From Zancudomyces culisetae HAW-14-8 (lineage: Eukaryota > Fungi > Kickxellomycota), in contig JBNJNM010000007.1 in NCBI GenBank assembly GCA_052426225.1, positions 310,001 to 374,000 of the forward strand: a stretch of DNA of 64,000 bases, in the 5' to 3' direction. The translations under genes were made by a program, and so were the position numbers. This document shows positions 1 to 12,469 of the stretch, in pieces. Position 1 is the first letter of the stretch. Every line of letters starts with the position of its first letter. The notes under the pieces are model-generated. The model had not been told where the DNA came from. It was given only the letters and a program-made list of their open reading frames with translations, and did not search any database.

Positions 1-2066
1 AAACACTCGCCCACTGTAAAACAGTGCTTATCTGGACTCGGTGCACGAAAGTACCATATTGGGCCTGTATGATTAATCTAGAGTTTTCGTTTTAGTTGAA
101 CCTCTACTGGCTATCTCTGGTATATTGTTTTATTAGTGTCTAGTTCTGTACATCACCCCCAGCCTCTCTCTTTCTCGGCCAGCTTCGCATTCTCAAAGTA
201 CTCAACCCTTCATAAAACTTGCGAGTATATTCATACTTTTCCTTTCTTTACACCACGATTTACTATAAAAGCCTAATATAAGTGAAAAACAACAGCACAA
301 GCCTCAATACTTTTTTACTTCAAAATTAGTACTTGTACAAACCACCAAAACTCAGTACCAACAAATTACCTTTACCATGCGTCGAGTTTTGCATTTTGGT
401 GGTTCTAAAAGTTGAACTATTACAACATCGCGAGATAATTTTAGGTCAAATAACGCAAATCGCACAAATGGTTCAAGTGATCCAAATGACAAACAGATCA
501 AGTAAAATGGCTTTTCTTGTACACGTTTTTACTTATTTTCATCATTATTAGTTTACAATCTCTTCTAATATTAGCAATAAACTTTACATTGTGTGCTTAT
601 GTTATTGAATGTCAATAAATTCCTTGATGGCTATTTGAAACGGTTATTTGGTTTTTTTTGCGATAGCATAAAGGTGCAATTATAGAAACTGGACGTGATA
701 CTCTAATCTATCGAGATAAGAGTGGTCAACATGTTCCATTTTTTGACCCAACCTTTTGAATAATAGGGTAGTAGACACAGATACGAACTCCTCTATGGCT
801 TGAAGTATTGAGGAACCATTTTCCTTATCAAAGTTGTCACTATCTGCATTCCCAATTATTTGTGGTGTGTATGATTAATCAAGCGAATGGGAGCGGGAAA
901 GTACTCTGGTATCAAGTCGTATAACATACACGCTAAACAGTTTCGTTCTAGAGGAAACTTGGTGATAGCAACTTTGAAATATCACCTAGTTTTTGGAATT
1001 GGTAAGCATTATCGCTGAAAATGGAATGAATTTGCTGAATATTCCCGTTTACAAAACGTCTTATGTTCAATGCAAAAATGGTATTTACAAAGCAGTGAAT
1101 TAAAAGATCTATTACACCAGCCATTGGTATTTCCGTAATTAAAGACAAACGCATCTTCCCTCTAATCGATTCTGTTGAACCCTTTTCTTGTGGGTAATAC
1201 AGAAATAAACACAAAATTCTGAGCTATGTACAGTTTGAAATGATGTCTAAAGAAAAACTAAAGTTGGCGATTTACGATTGCAACCGCAATTTCAATTGTC
1301 TTTGGGCTTTGACAAGCGCTTGTAATGTAAATGCTGCAAATGCAAGAAAGCGAACTAAAAATATAAACTGAAATAAAGATTAATTTTAAAAATAAATTAA
1401 AAAAGCAGAAAAACGGAAAAATTGAGAAATAGAAGTAGAAAATTACAAAAATTATCTAAAAAAGCACAAAGTGTAGTAAGTGCTAATTACTGTTGGACGC
1501 GTTTAATTTGCTTACCGATTTTCAGCTTTGCAAAAAAATAAAATCCCGCACTTATAAATAACCCGCACAAAATTGACTTTGACTTTGACTTTGACTTTGA
1601 CTTTAGTATCTGGACTTTTAGCGAGAACATTCCCAGTCTGGAGACCATGTTGGAGAAAAAAATTTTTTAGCATTATTAAAAATTAAAGCTTAATGTAAAT
1701 GGCTGTAAAGTTGGCTAATTAAAACAATCACAAAAAAGTCCGACAATTAACATAAAAGGTGATAAAACAATAAGAAAACAAAAAATTCAGTTGGTTTTCG
1801 TTTATAACCTTCATTGATGTTCATACATAAGACCCAAACCAAATATACACTTTTTTAAAGAAAAAACTGAAAAGACTGAGGTAAGTTAATCTAGATTGCC
1901 AGCTGTTATGTATACAAACCTAAAGATATTATAGTGTGTACTTTGCAACTATCTTTGTACGAGAGCTTAGTGTACAATATACAGTTCAAAAACTAAAACG
2001 AATTATATAGTATTAATCCCAATCTGTAATCCTTGGATATAGCGCATCGAAATACAAAAACAAAAG

Positions 2067-2996
2067 ATGGACAAAATCAAAGAAATAAGTAACAAGCTGG
2101 AACAACAGCTGGAAACATACACCCGACACATGAAGCCTTATATTCCGATAATGGGTCGAGCCTTGTTGGTTTCAACATTTATAGAAGACTCGTTGAGAAT
2201 TATTGTACAGTGGGACAACCAGTTGTTTTTCTTGCGGTCGTATCGTGGCTTCCCAGTAGGAATAAATCACATTTTCCTGTTTCTAAATGTAGTGGTAAGT
2301 GCTTGGGCAGAATTAAAAATGCTTTTTATGTTATTTTACATTCCAAAGACGGAAATAAAAGGGAATGTCATTTTAATGGGGTGGGCTTTTTTTTTAATAC
2401 ATTAGACAATGCTTGTGTGCTCATATCTTGCCATTTCCAAACGGTACACAGAATATGCAGTTGGGGGATTAGCACTTGTGGTGGTAAGTCAGGCGATTGT
2501 TTATCAGCTGTATTTGGACCCGTATTTCTTTGTAAGAATTCTTTCGATCATTGGAGCGCTATTGATGTTGTTGGCTGAAAGCCTGTTGGTCAGACGAAGA
2601 GATGTCTTTGCAGGACTCCCTAACATTACCGAAGCAGACCGCACAAAATATGTCATACTCGGAGGAAGAGTACTGTTGATCCTGCTATTCTTCTCAATGC
2701 TTTTCTCAGGAGAAATGACTTTTATGCGGATTATTGCACTGATTGTTGGAGGATTTTCGTGCATTATGGTATTAGTAGGATTCAAGGCAAAACACAGCGC
2801 ATTGGTACTTGTGACTATCTTGAGCATATTCAATATTGTGGCAAACGACTGGTGGTCAATTGAGTTCAACAGCTCACAGCGCGACTTTGTCAAATACGAC
2901 TTTTTCCAAATTCTGTCAATTATGGGTGGATTCTTACTCTTGGTGAATGTTGGACCAGGCAGTTTTTCTGTAGACGAGAAAAAGAAGGAGTTTTAA
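2067..2996 (+). CDS. ERV29: SURF4/Erv29 ER cargo receptor; exons 2067-2294 and 2406-2996
   Basis: GTAAGT at 2295 and TAG at 2403-2405 join two ORFs in frame. Multi-TM protein with GRALLVSTFIEDSLRI, KYDFFQILSIMGG, GPGSFSVDEKKKEF and a C-terminal KKxx retrieval signal. Possible 5'UTR intron at 1881-2042. Confidence 0.93.
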
Positions 2997-4198
2997 TTTT
3001 TTTTTCCTAGCTTTTCCTTAGTTTTGGCGAGCTTTTTTATTTACTATTTTTTTCCTGGATTATTATTAATAGTTTTTTTTTGTGGTCTAAAAATACCTTT
3101 CAAATTCTGTTTATTTTTTCATGTCTTGGTATTACCTTTATATTTTTATTTTCCTAATACTTTGGTGTGTTAGTTGGCGAGGGCGTGGGCGTGAGCGTGG
3201 GCGGAAGTCAAGGACTAGTGGCAGATACTGATATCTGTTTGGTATTTTGTCCTCAAATAACCCTTATGCAGATAAAAGCCTAACAGTATAGAGATAAGCA
3301 GAAATGAGAGTGTAGATAGTTTTTAGGTAGAGCGATGTAGTGTGGTAAGCACAGTTGGTGTACAAGCTGAATTGGTATTTGGTGGGTTAAACCAAAACTA
3401 ATACTGCCTTGGCGTTATCCTGTATATAATGGGTCACGATGAACGCATTTAGCCCAAAGTTCAACTAGGTGTATCATATACATCCAAATCGGGGAGGATA
3501 AGAGGGAAGATTTGGCAAAAAAAATTTTTTAGCAGTAGTTGCTCGGAAGAAAAATAAAGTGTTAGTAGTTTCAAATAAAGGGCACAAACCTTGTGGCCAA
3601 TTATGTCTAGAAAATTTATGGAAATCAAAAAAAATATACAAATGAATATAAATCCAAAGTAAGAATGCCGAAAAAAAATAAAAAAGATACCAGCAATTTT
3701 GGCAAAAGTGGTAAATTGATGTTACTAAATTAATTTCGGTCAATTGAAAAATTTTTTTTTGAGTTTACAAAGACAAAATAAACTGCAGCAATAAAAAAAA
3801 AATAGGTGTGAATGGCCAGTTAAAGCTTGAGGGAGGTAGGAAAGAGACGAGGAGGAGGGAGGGGGTGTGTGGATTTGGAAATAAAAAAATTTATTTACGT
3901 TAAAAAAAGGGAGAATAAAAAAAATAAAAAAACTAGAGGATATACTAACAATCAGATATTCTGGATTTTTAAATTTTGAATTCAAAAACAAGAGAACTCA
4001 ACGGCGCGTAAGGAATTCCAGTTAATCCGTTGATATAAAAGGTATAGCAAACACATTTATTTTAGGAAAAAGCATACCCAGGTTATTTTGTTTTTTTAGA
4101 TCTGTAACACAGCCATCATAAATAAATAATCAATTATACTATTTTCACAGAACGAATTTAAAATCAAGGAATAAAAACAAAGAAAAGTGTACGAAAAG

Positions 4199-5817
4199 AT
4201 GGACAAGTACGATTTGACGCCACGGATGTTAAAATATCTAGATAGACAACTAGGTTATCCACTATTGGAATTTTTGACACTAAGAAATGTAAGTTTTGGC
4301 GAAGCAATACGCTGTGTACTGATGATACTAGTAGATTGAGAGGAGAGGGATAGCGAGGAGAATTTGAGGCTTGTTGGGATCCATTGTGGATCTATTCATC
4401 TTCCAAACTGAGGGATCCATTACACTTCATGATGAAATTGCGAAAGAAAATGATGAAAATTTAACAGTAAATAAATGCATGATAAATAGGTATATAACGA
4501 AAAGGATCTCTTAGTGGCGAAATATGAATTACTTAAAGATTCCAACATGGTGGATTTTATCGGAGATTTGTACAAACAAATAAACGATTCACAAGAATTG
4601 CCTAAAGGTAAAAGCGAGCTTCATTTTAATTTTTTTTCAAACGTTTTTGTTGTTGGACCGGAAAGCTAAGGAGATATTAAGCAAAGAAAAATAATCAAAA
4701 AATAGAATATGGAGAGAAGAGAGAGCATGTATTGAGGCAATTAGAAGAATACGAAAGCAAAACCGAAAAAATCCGGGAAATCATAGAACTACCAGAAGTA
4801 GCAACCTCACTAAGACAAGATCGGTCACAAAATCTGCAATTTTTGGCAGAGAAATATCAGGTAGAGTCAGAGATGGTAAAGGATTTGTATGATTTCGGCA
4901 ACTTCCATTACAGCTGTGGAAACTACGGAGGATCAGCAGATCTGCTTTTCCATTTTTCAGTTCTATCAACAGACAACGACTTGGTTCTTCAGGCAATGTG
5001 GGGTAAGTTGGCCTCAGAAATCCTGGTTGGAGACTGGGAGTTGGCGTACGAAGACATCAACCGTCTCAAGGAAAGCATTGACAAGATGGCCAACAGAGAT
5101 CCAGCAGGCCAGCTACAGAAGCGTGTATGGCTGTTGCACTGGGCATTGTTTGTGTTTTTCAACCATCCAAACGGTCGCGATGGTATTGTTGACATGATGC
5201 TGATGCCACAGTACTCAAACACAATCATGAACGCATGCCCATGGCTTATCAGATATCTAATTGCCGCTGTTATTATCAACCGTAGACGCCGCAACCTCAT
5301 TAAGGACGTTGTCAAGATAGTCGCCAACTGCTCATACATGTACAGCGATCCTCTCACTGAATTTATCACTTCCTTGTACATCGACTTTGACTTTGAAGCC
5401 GCATCTGAAAAAATCAAACTATGCGAGACCGTGCTTGACAACGACTTTTTCCTAACAGGTGCAACCGACGATTTTGTCGACTGTGCTCGTCTCTACTTTG
5501 CCGAAATCTACTGCAAAATCCACTCAAAGATTAACCTCACCGCTCTAGCCTCTCGCCTCAACATGGCCCAGGAAGAAGGTGAAAAATGGATTGTTAAACT
5601 TATCCGCGATTCTAGAATCGATGCTAAAGTCGATCTCAAGGACAACTTTGTTATCATCAATCCTCAACCAAATCCTGTTCCTCAACAGATCATTGAGAAA
5701 TCGAAATTCTTGATGTTCCGTTCTCAAGTCTTGAACGGTGCTATTGATAAGCGCGAGGCCGCTTTAAAGGCCGCTTCCTCTTCAAACTCTAACTCAAACA
5801 CTAGTTCCGCCTCTTAA
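4199..5817 (+). CDS. INT6: Translation initiation factor eIF3 subunit E (Int6); exons 4199-4288, 4490-4607, 4706-5817
   Basis: Spliced N-terminus MDKYDLTPRMLKYLDRQLGYPLLEFL, then WGKLASEIL, RVWLLHWALFVFFNH and a PCI domain. All introns are GT-AG and keep frame. Confidence 0.95.
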
Positions 5818-5843
5818 TCATATTTCTAAATAAATCTTTATTT

Positions 5844-6300
5844 TTACACTATTACTTCATACTGTTTGCTTTCTAACTCTTTTTTAAACTTTTCGGCTAT
5901 ATCTTTACTAATCTTGATTATATCTTCCAATCCCTTGTCTAAGGCCTCAGCTGCATTGGTTTTGCTGCTTGTCTGGATTCGGATGTTCAGAAGGTTCTCC
6001 GATGGATGCGGGATACTGTATCCGCAGAATTCCACCTCTGGGTTTTTCATTACTGCCCATCGCAACGAATTTCCAATAGTGTGGTCTTCCTCTTTGATTT
6101 CAAATGTTACAGATGTGTAATCTGGAGTGTGGCCTGGAAGCTATTATTTACATTTACATTTAAATTTCCATTCTTTTACTGTCTGGATTATTAATAGTTG
6201 AAAGTATGCAATACAATACAGATGGACTGCTTACCATTCTAATCTTGCCATTTTCAATTTCCATGGCCTCATTCTCCCCTGTTCTATCAAGCTCGCTCAT
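5844..6300 (-). CDS. RPC19: RNA polymerase I/III shared subunit AC19 (RPAC2); exons 6300-6235 and 6140-5844
   Basis: EEDHTIGNSLRWAVMKNPEVEFCGYSIPHPSE motif; GTAAGC...TAG intron on the minus strand. Confidence 0.93.
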
Positions 6301-7116
6301 TTTCAATTTTTAACTGTATTGGTTTACTTTTCAGAGTTCGATATAGCTACAGCTATCTTGATTACTACCTGTACAAATTTTAAAGCTTCGATTTTTTATT
6401 TCAAATTTATACAATTCCTTAACATTATTTGGAAATTGCTACATGCTAATATTAATTTAGTACTTTTACAACTTCAGTAAAAAAAAAATTTTTTTTATTA
6501 AAATTCAATTTAAGCATTGATTGGATAATCAATCAAATAGAATTTGTTCCACCACACTGATGTTTAATGATTCAAGGTTTAGCTTTTATATTTGTACATT
6601 GGATACGTTTGGTTAATATATGAGTGTTATGTTCAGAAACACCATGTAGATCCTGCAATATGAACGTCTACTGTTGGGGTTTTGCTTTTTTTTATTCAGG
6701 TCAACATCAAATTATGACCTTCCACCCCTTGATAGTAAAAAAAAATCACATTGCTCCAGTGATTGCTTCAAAATCATGAAATATCACAAGATAAAAAATA
6801 GCGCGAAATACAGGTGAAACAGCGTGTGTTTGTCAAATTATACTGAGTGGTTTCAAAATACTGTTAAAGATCGTGATGCCAACATTTCAAATTGGTATAT
6901 AATAACCCTGATATTTTATTCACTTATTTTTTGTCTCATAGGTATATATTTTAAACTATCATACTGATAAACTTTGGAACACACAACCGCAACTCAATAG
7001 TACTATCAATACTATTCAACTCAGCATAGAAGCAGGACGATATCGAGTACACAAAATAAAAAGCAAAAGTAAAAGCAAAAGTAAAAGTAAAAGAAATAAA
7101 AATAAAAAACCTCAGA

Positions 7117-8103
7117 ATGACTCCAATATACTTTCCAAATGAAAAAGATGCACAAATCAAGCTATCAACAGTAATCCCAGGATATCCCACAGGATTTCTC
7201 CTCGAAATGCTCTCACTTCCTGAAAACAGACTGGATATCAAGTTTCTTGAAGCATTTATCAGTGCCCTGAACTACGTTGACAATACAATCATAAACCTTC
7301 CAGAAGACAAAAAAAATATTGGTGGGTTTTTGATTACTTCGTCTACTGGCAAATTCTATTGTAATGGATTTAATGTAACCGCGTTAAGTACCCAGACCGA
7401 GATAGTGGCTCCGCTATTAAGAACTATTGTATGCAAGCTGTTAACATTCAGAGTAATGACAATAGCAGCAATGAACGGACATGCATTTGGAGGTGGCTGT
7501 GTAAGTTCAATAAATTGGGCTATCCAATTGACTTATAAGGATGTCAAAAATATCATTAAACGGTTGATCTCTGATGCTAATCTGAATATTATAAAACTAA
7601 ACTGGTATTTTTAGATTCTAGCATTTGCTCATGATTATCGAATTATGAACAATCACAGGGGGTACATGTGCATGGTAAGAATAAACTATCTATAATTACT
7701 ATACTTGGTGATTAATTTCAAACTGTGAACGATGAATATGAGCAGATAATAAAATAAGAAGAATATGAAATGTTAGGTTGAGATAGATCTTGGTATGGGA
7801 TTGCAAATAGGAACCACAACACTCATAAAACAAAAAGTAAAAGATGCAGGTGCGGTGAGACGATGTACACTAATGGGGCACCGATACACAGCCGATGAAG
7901 CCGTAAAGGATGGGCTAGTTGATTACACAGCAGACCCTGAGAACTTGCTAGACGCTGCAGTAGAGCTGGGGAAGCAGGTTTCCAAAAAGGCACTTAACCG
8001 TGGTGAAGCGTTGATGAAAACCAAGGCAGAAATGTACAAAGATATCATTATTTACCACCATTCTGAACCACTTGATAAGTCTAGGTACCAACCCAAGCTT
8101 TAA
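7117..8103 (+). CDS. Enoyl-CoA hydratase/delta3-delta2 isomerase (crotonase family), probably peroxisomal; exons 7117-7500, 7615-7674, 7777-8103
   Basis: GKFYCNG, TIAAMNGHAFGGG, LAFAHDYRIM, CMVEIDLG; C-terminal PKL is a PTS1-like tripeptide. Two GT-AG introns restore one frame. Confidence 0.85.
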
Positions 8104-8834
8104 ATAGCGACATTTTTATCGAATATATATTCTAATAGTTAAAATAATTTGTTTGACTTTTGTGTGGTGTTTTTAGTCATGAGGAGCAAGATTTAAATAA
8201 AAACACAAAAATGGTTTGGGATATATATGATATGTGTGATCTAAAGGCCTTTTCATGGTTCCAGTCAGACCAAGGTCAGTAAAACTGTGATGAACCTTAG
8301 AGGTAAGGAGTGGGGATAGGCTAAACAACAATTTTAACTATGATATAGCAGCGGAGCTTTTTTACTTTTTTTGACTCGATTATATTAGCGGTAGTATGGG
8401 AAAACCATCCCTTGAGGCTTTGAAAGTGGTATGGAGAAGGAAGGTATTTTTCAGCAAAGATTTATGGCCTAATTTTTTTTGTTCAGCTTCAATTATTTTT
8501 TTCCGAAGGGAGATTGGATTCTTGACTCTTGATTTTCAACTCGATCCTTCGTTGTCACTTTTCACTTTTCCCTTTTCACTTTTCACTTTTTCAGATATTT
8601 TTTATATTTCACAGCCTTAATCGATATTAAAGTATCAAACCTTCACAAAGTCCATTTATTGAACATTCTCGGATCTTGTATTCAAGAAAATATCTAATAT
8701 TGGACGAATTTCGAATCACGACTATCTTTTTACCTGGATTTACAATCAGGAACTATAAACTACAAAATAAAAAAGTAATACCAAAAAGTGAATTAAAAAC
8801 ACAAACACAAACACAAACACAAACACACATAGAC

Positions 8835-11141
8835 ATGGGGTTTTATAAAACAGCAGCAACTTCGCTTGAGAGCATATTGCTAGGTCGAGGCTCACCGAAA
8901 AGTATAATTCTGGGAAACGATAGAATACGTGTAAACGATAAAAAGCGTTTATATGCAGCAGTTTGTGAATCAATGAAGTGTAAGTTAAGTTGCTGTTATC
9001 AAAGATATTGGAAAAGTAGGGAGGTTGGACTAGGAGTTTGTATTGAAACTGATTATATAATATATAATATTTATTTGTGCTAGATTCAGGAATAATCCTT
9101 AAAATACTTGATGAAAGTGAGATTTTGAAAAAAGAAAAGACGGTAACTACTAACATAACCAGTATTATTACGAACATTAATAACGCAGTAATTGAAACGA
9201 TTAAAAAATCAGTGGCTAGGGGTTAGGGGTTAGGGGTTAGGGGTTAGGGGTTAGGGGTTAGGGGTTAGTGAAAGTTAGATGCTGGATGTTGGGTATTATT
9301 TAATAGTTAAGATACTCTACTAATAGCTGAAGGACTACGAGTGCATTGTGATATTACACGATTTGTTGTTTGCAAGGGGGGGTATCCAACACACCAACCA
9401 AGATTCAAAATTGAAAAAGCAGATACTGGCACACAAGAAAAGGATCATACAGATATATGAAGCACATAAAAAAGCGACAGGAAACGTTAAAAAAGATATG
9501 TTTATTCCAAAACAATTGGTAAATAAGGGTAAGTGGGTTGAAGTACGTAGACAGCTGGTGAATTCTTTTGTACTTTCCGATTGTTTTTTTTTCGGAATAA
9601 AATTGATTAGTTCTTGGGTGAATACCGATGTATCAAGTATATGGTAAAATGTATTGATTAGAATACATTCCTCGATATGTAAGGGTAAATCTCAACAAAA
9701 CCTCGGTTGAAAAGATTGTGCAGGAGTTTGAAGCGAGCGGATACAAACATATTGGAAACGTCAAACTTGAGAAGCTACAAGAAATGCTGGGTAAAAACAA
9801 AAACAAAAAAATATTTTGTCAGGATCCTCATTTACATGATTTGTTGATATTTCCAGAGGGAACCAACTTGATAGAACATGGGTTATACAAAGAGGGTAAA
9901 ATAATACTGCAGGATAAGGCTTCATGCTTTCCAGCATCTATTTTATACCCAGAAAAGGATGGACAGGTTATTGATGGATGTGCAGCACCAGGGAACAAGA
10001 CTAGTCATTTATCTAGTTTGATGGGAAATTCAGGGAAGATATTTGCAATCGATAAAGATGCCAAGCGGCTGAAAGTGCTGCAAAACATGACGCACAAAGC
10101 TGGTTGTAAAAGTAGGGAGATTTTCTGTAAATGGTAAAGTATATGATAAAAACTTGAATACAGATATGCTAACAAGTAAATCATCGTTATTAGATATCAC
10201 TACAAAGAATATGAGCTTTTTGGACATTGACCCACAATCTGCAGAGTTTAACAATGTGGAATATATATTGCTGGATCCATCATGTTCAGGATCAGGAATT
10301 GTAAACCGAGAGGATAAATTGGTTGAATATTTTATTGACATATACTGTGCAAGAAGCAACAGCAAAAACATGAGCAAACGAAAGACGTCGGATGATCGAC
10401 AGGAAAAGCTGGCAGAATTCCAAACAACCGTGCTACTTCATGCAATGAAGTTTGAAAAGGTTAAAAAAATTACATATTCTACATGTTCGATTCATGAAAC
10501 TGAAAATGAAAATGTGGTTAGAAATGTATTGAATGGTCAAAAGAGATTTGTTTTGGATAAGAGGGAAAATGTACTGCCAACGTGGAGTATGAGGGGACAT
10601 GAGTTTTGTGGGCTTTCTACAGGTAATTTTTGTTTATTTATAAAGATCTTTTGACTGCTTCGACAGCTTTGGCTTGTTCAGATTCTTATATTTCTAATAT
10701 TTAGGTTGATATTTATTTAACAGTGGTGTATGTCTATAAATGTCCATATAAATGTAAATGTAAATGTAAATGTGTATATATCTAAATTATTTAGATCAAT
10801 CAGCATCATTAATCAGATCAGATCCATCAATGTTTACAAATGGGTTCTTTGTGGCGTGTTTTGTGTTATCCGATCCTAGTTTTATTGTTAAAACTGCTGA
10901 GCCCACCAAAGAATGTTCATCTGAAACACCAAACACACCAAACACACCAAACACACCAGTGAAATCAAAAGATAACCAACTATTAGTCTCCAGGTCAGGT
11001 ACGTCTAACAAACGCAAGGCAGTTGAAATCTCCAGAGACACAACAACTGATAATAGAAACAACAGTGAAGAGAAACCAAACCAGAACAAAAAACATAAAA
11101 AAGCAAAACGGAGAGCTGGAACACCCTTGACGTCAAGATGA
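8835..11141 (+). CDS. RCM1: 25S rRNA m5C methyltransferase Rcm1/NSUN5; exons 8835-8979, 9084-9142, 9327-9528, 9662-10111, 10194-10622, 10795-11141
   Basis: PRYVRVN, LQDKASCFPA, IDGCAAPGNKT, LLDPSCSGSG, YSTCSIHETENENVV, TNGFFVACF. All five introns are GT-AG and keep frame. Confidence 0.92.
9217..9268 (+). repeat. (TTAGGGG)n telomere-like tandem array, about 7 units, in RCM1 intron 2
   Basis: Read directly: TAGGGG(TTAGGGG)6TTAG inside intron 9143-9326. Confidence 0.95.
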
Positions 11142-11327
11142 GTGGTGTGTGTGCAAGTGAAAGACATTTGTCCAGTCTAGAATGCTAATACTTTTTGTAA
11201 ATAACACATTTTAGTAGTAAATATGTTTATTTTTTCGACACATCAAGCGGCCAGAGGAAAAACAAAACAAGTCAAATATAATGATAAAACAACTATAATG
11301 GGAGAAAGATTATTAACATATAATATA

Positions 11328-11597
11328 CTATCCGATTGTTGATTTAATAAACTCGGTGTTTAATGCCGTAACTTTATCTTTACAGTAATCAAATTGTTCT
11401 TTAAATTCACTATCGTTTCCGTCGGACTTGCTTCCGTGTACAATCATGATACAGGATGTAGGTCTCTTTGTTGAAACAGCAAAACCCAGTTCTTCCTTAC
11501 TGTGAACAAACACATATGGGACTTCGTTGTCCTCACAAACTACTGGGACGTGGCTCAACACGTCGATGGGTGAAATATTTCCAGCCATAACCACTAG
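11328..11597 (-). pseudogene. NHP2: H/ACA snoRNP protein Nhp2 (L7Ae family), C-terminal half only; no N-terminal coding exon found nearby
   Basis: LVVMAGNISPIDVLSHVPVVCEDNEVPYVFVHSKEELG...TKRPTSC is the Nhp2 C-terminal half with an intact frame. I found no upstream exon encoding the RGVKEV segment in 11.6-13.3 kb. Confidence 0.7.
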
Positions 11598-12364
11598 TTT
11601 ATTTCAAAACATTAAAAATTATTAGATAGTATTGTTAATTGTGGTGTTGTTCTAATTATATGTATTTCCCGTTAGCTGAAAGTATTTCATTTATGTAAAC
11701 ACTTTCGAATATACTTTTTGTTATTAGTTTTCATTTTCGTTTCTTCAGATACACAGCCTTAAGTAGCGAAATTTTTATACTTTTCACTACTGTTTATACA
11801 CACTGTATTAATTTACATCTACTGATTAAGATAAACCAAAAATAATAAATACCCTCCTTATGATATGATATGATCGAGGCTCTGGGCATATGAACACTCA
11901 GTGATTACAGCTTGCATCTTCAATATATCAGCAATAATATTGCTTTGATATTCCAGTTTGCTTGCTTACTGGATGCATATTTAATTGCTTCACCTGTTCC
12001 TTCTGGTATTGGCTTCATTTGTGACTATCCAAACCACAACCCAGTTGATTGGGTTTATTTCAATTTGTTTTTTTTTCCAACGAATACTCTTGTTTTAGCC
12101 AATGGCTAATTTAGGGGGAGGGGTTCGGAATTGAAAATTTTTTTCAATGATTTCTGCTGGAGCTGATGAAATATTTTTCTCCAAATTATTCTCAAAAAAA
12201 AGGATAAATAATAAAATTTTTTGTCTCAATCTCTTCTTGTGTTTAATTAACTGTATTATAAGAAAGTACCAAGTGGTGTGTAAACAGGAGTCTTTGGCTC
12301 TATTCAAAGGTAAGGAATCAAAAGTATTATGAAATAATGATTATAGAAATAAAAGCAAACCGAT

Positions 12365-12469
12365 ACTTTATGATGAATATACTGTCGCCCCAGTCGGATT
12401 AGCAAGTTTGTGTTGCTACATGCCGACAACAAGCAGTTTTATTTTACCCAAACTAATGCTCTGAATTTA
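12365..12469 (+). ncRNA. C/D box snoRNA, SNORD31/snR67-like (guide for the LSU P-loop Gm, E. coli G2251 equivalent), in intron 12310-12525 of an apparent non-coding host
   Basis: C box ATGATGA 12370-12376. Guide TGTCGCCCCAGT 12383-12394 is antisense to conserved LSU rRNA ACUGGGGCGG. D' CGGA 12395-12398, D box CTGA 12461-12464, flanked by GTAAGG...AACAG. Confidence 0.8.

Noticed and set aside
1-1250. Short ORFs 333-551 (+) and 948-1214 (-) and other coding-looking minus-strand patches
   Set aside because: No recognisable motif and no consistent splice model; possibly a decayed or partial gene, but I cannot support a call.
1574-1604. (GACTTT)5 and other microsatellites (ACAAAC near 8800, TAAATG near 10750, ATCTC near 39270)
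   Set aside because: Ordinary slippage microsatellites common across the window; no evidence of function.
4320-4411. TGATGA...CTGA in eIF3e intron 1 as a possible C/D snoRNA
   Set aside because: No terminal stem or recognisable rRNA antisense element.
10796-11167. Antisense ORFs over RCM1, eIF3e, ERV29, PPR, ankyrin and pol genes (this one is an example)
   Set aside because: They overlap well-supported genes on the opposite strand and have no motifs of their own.
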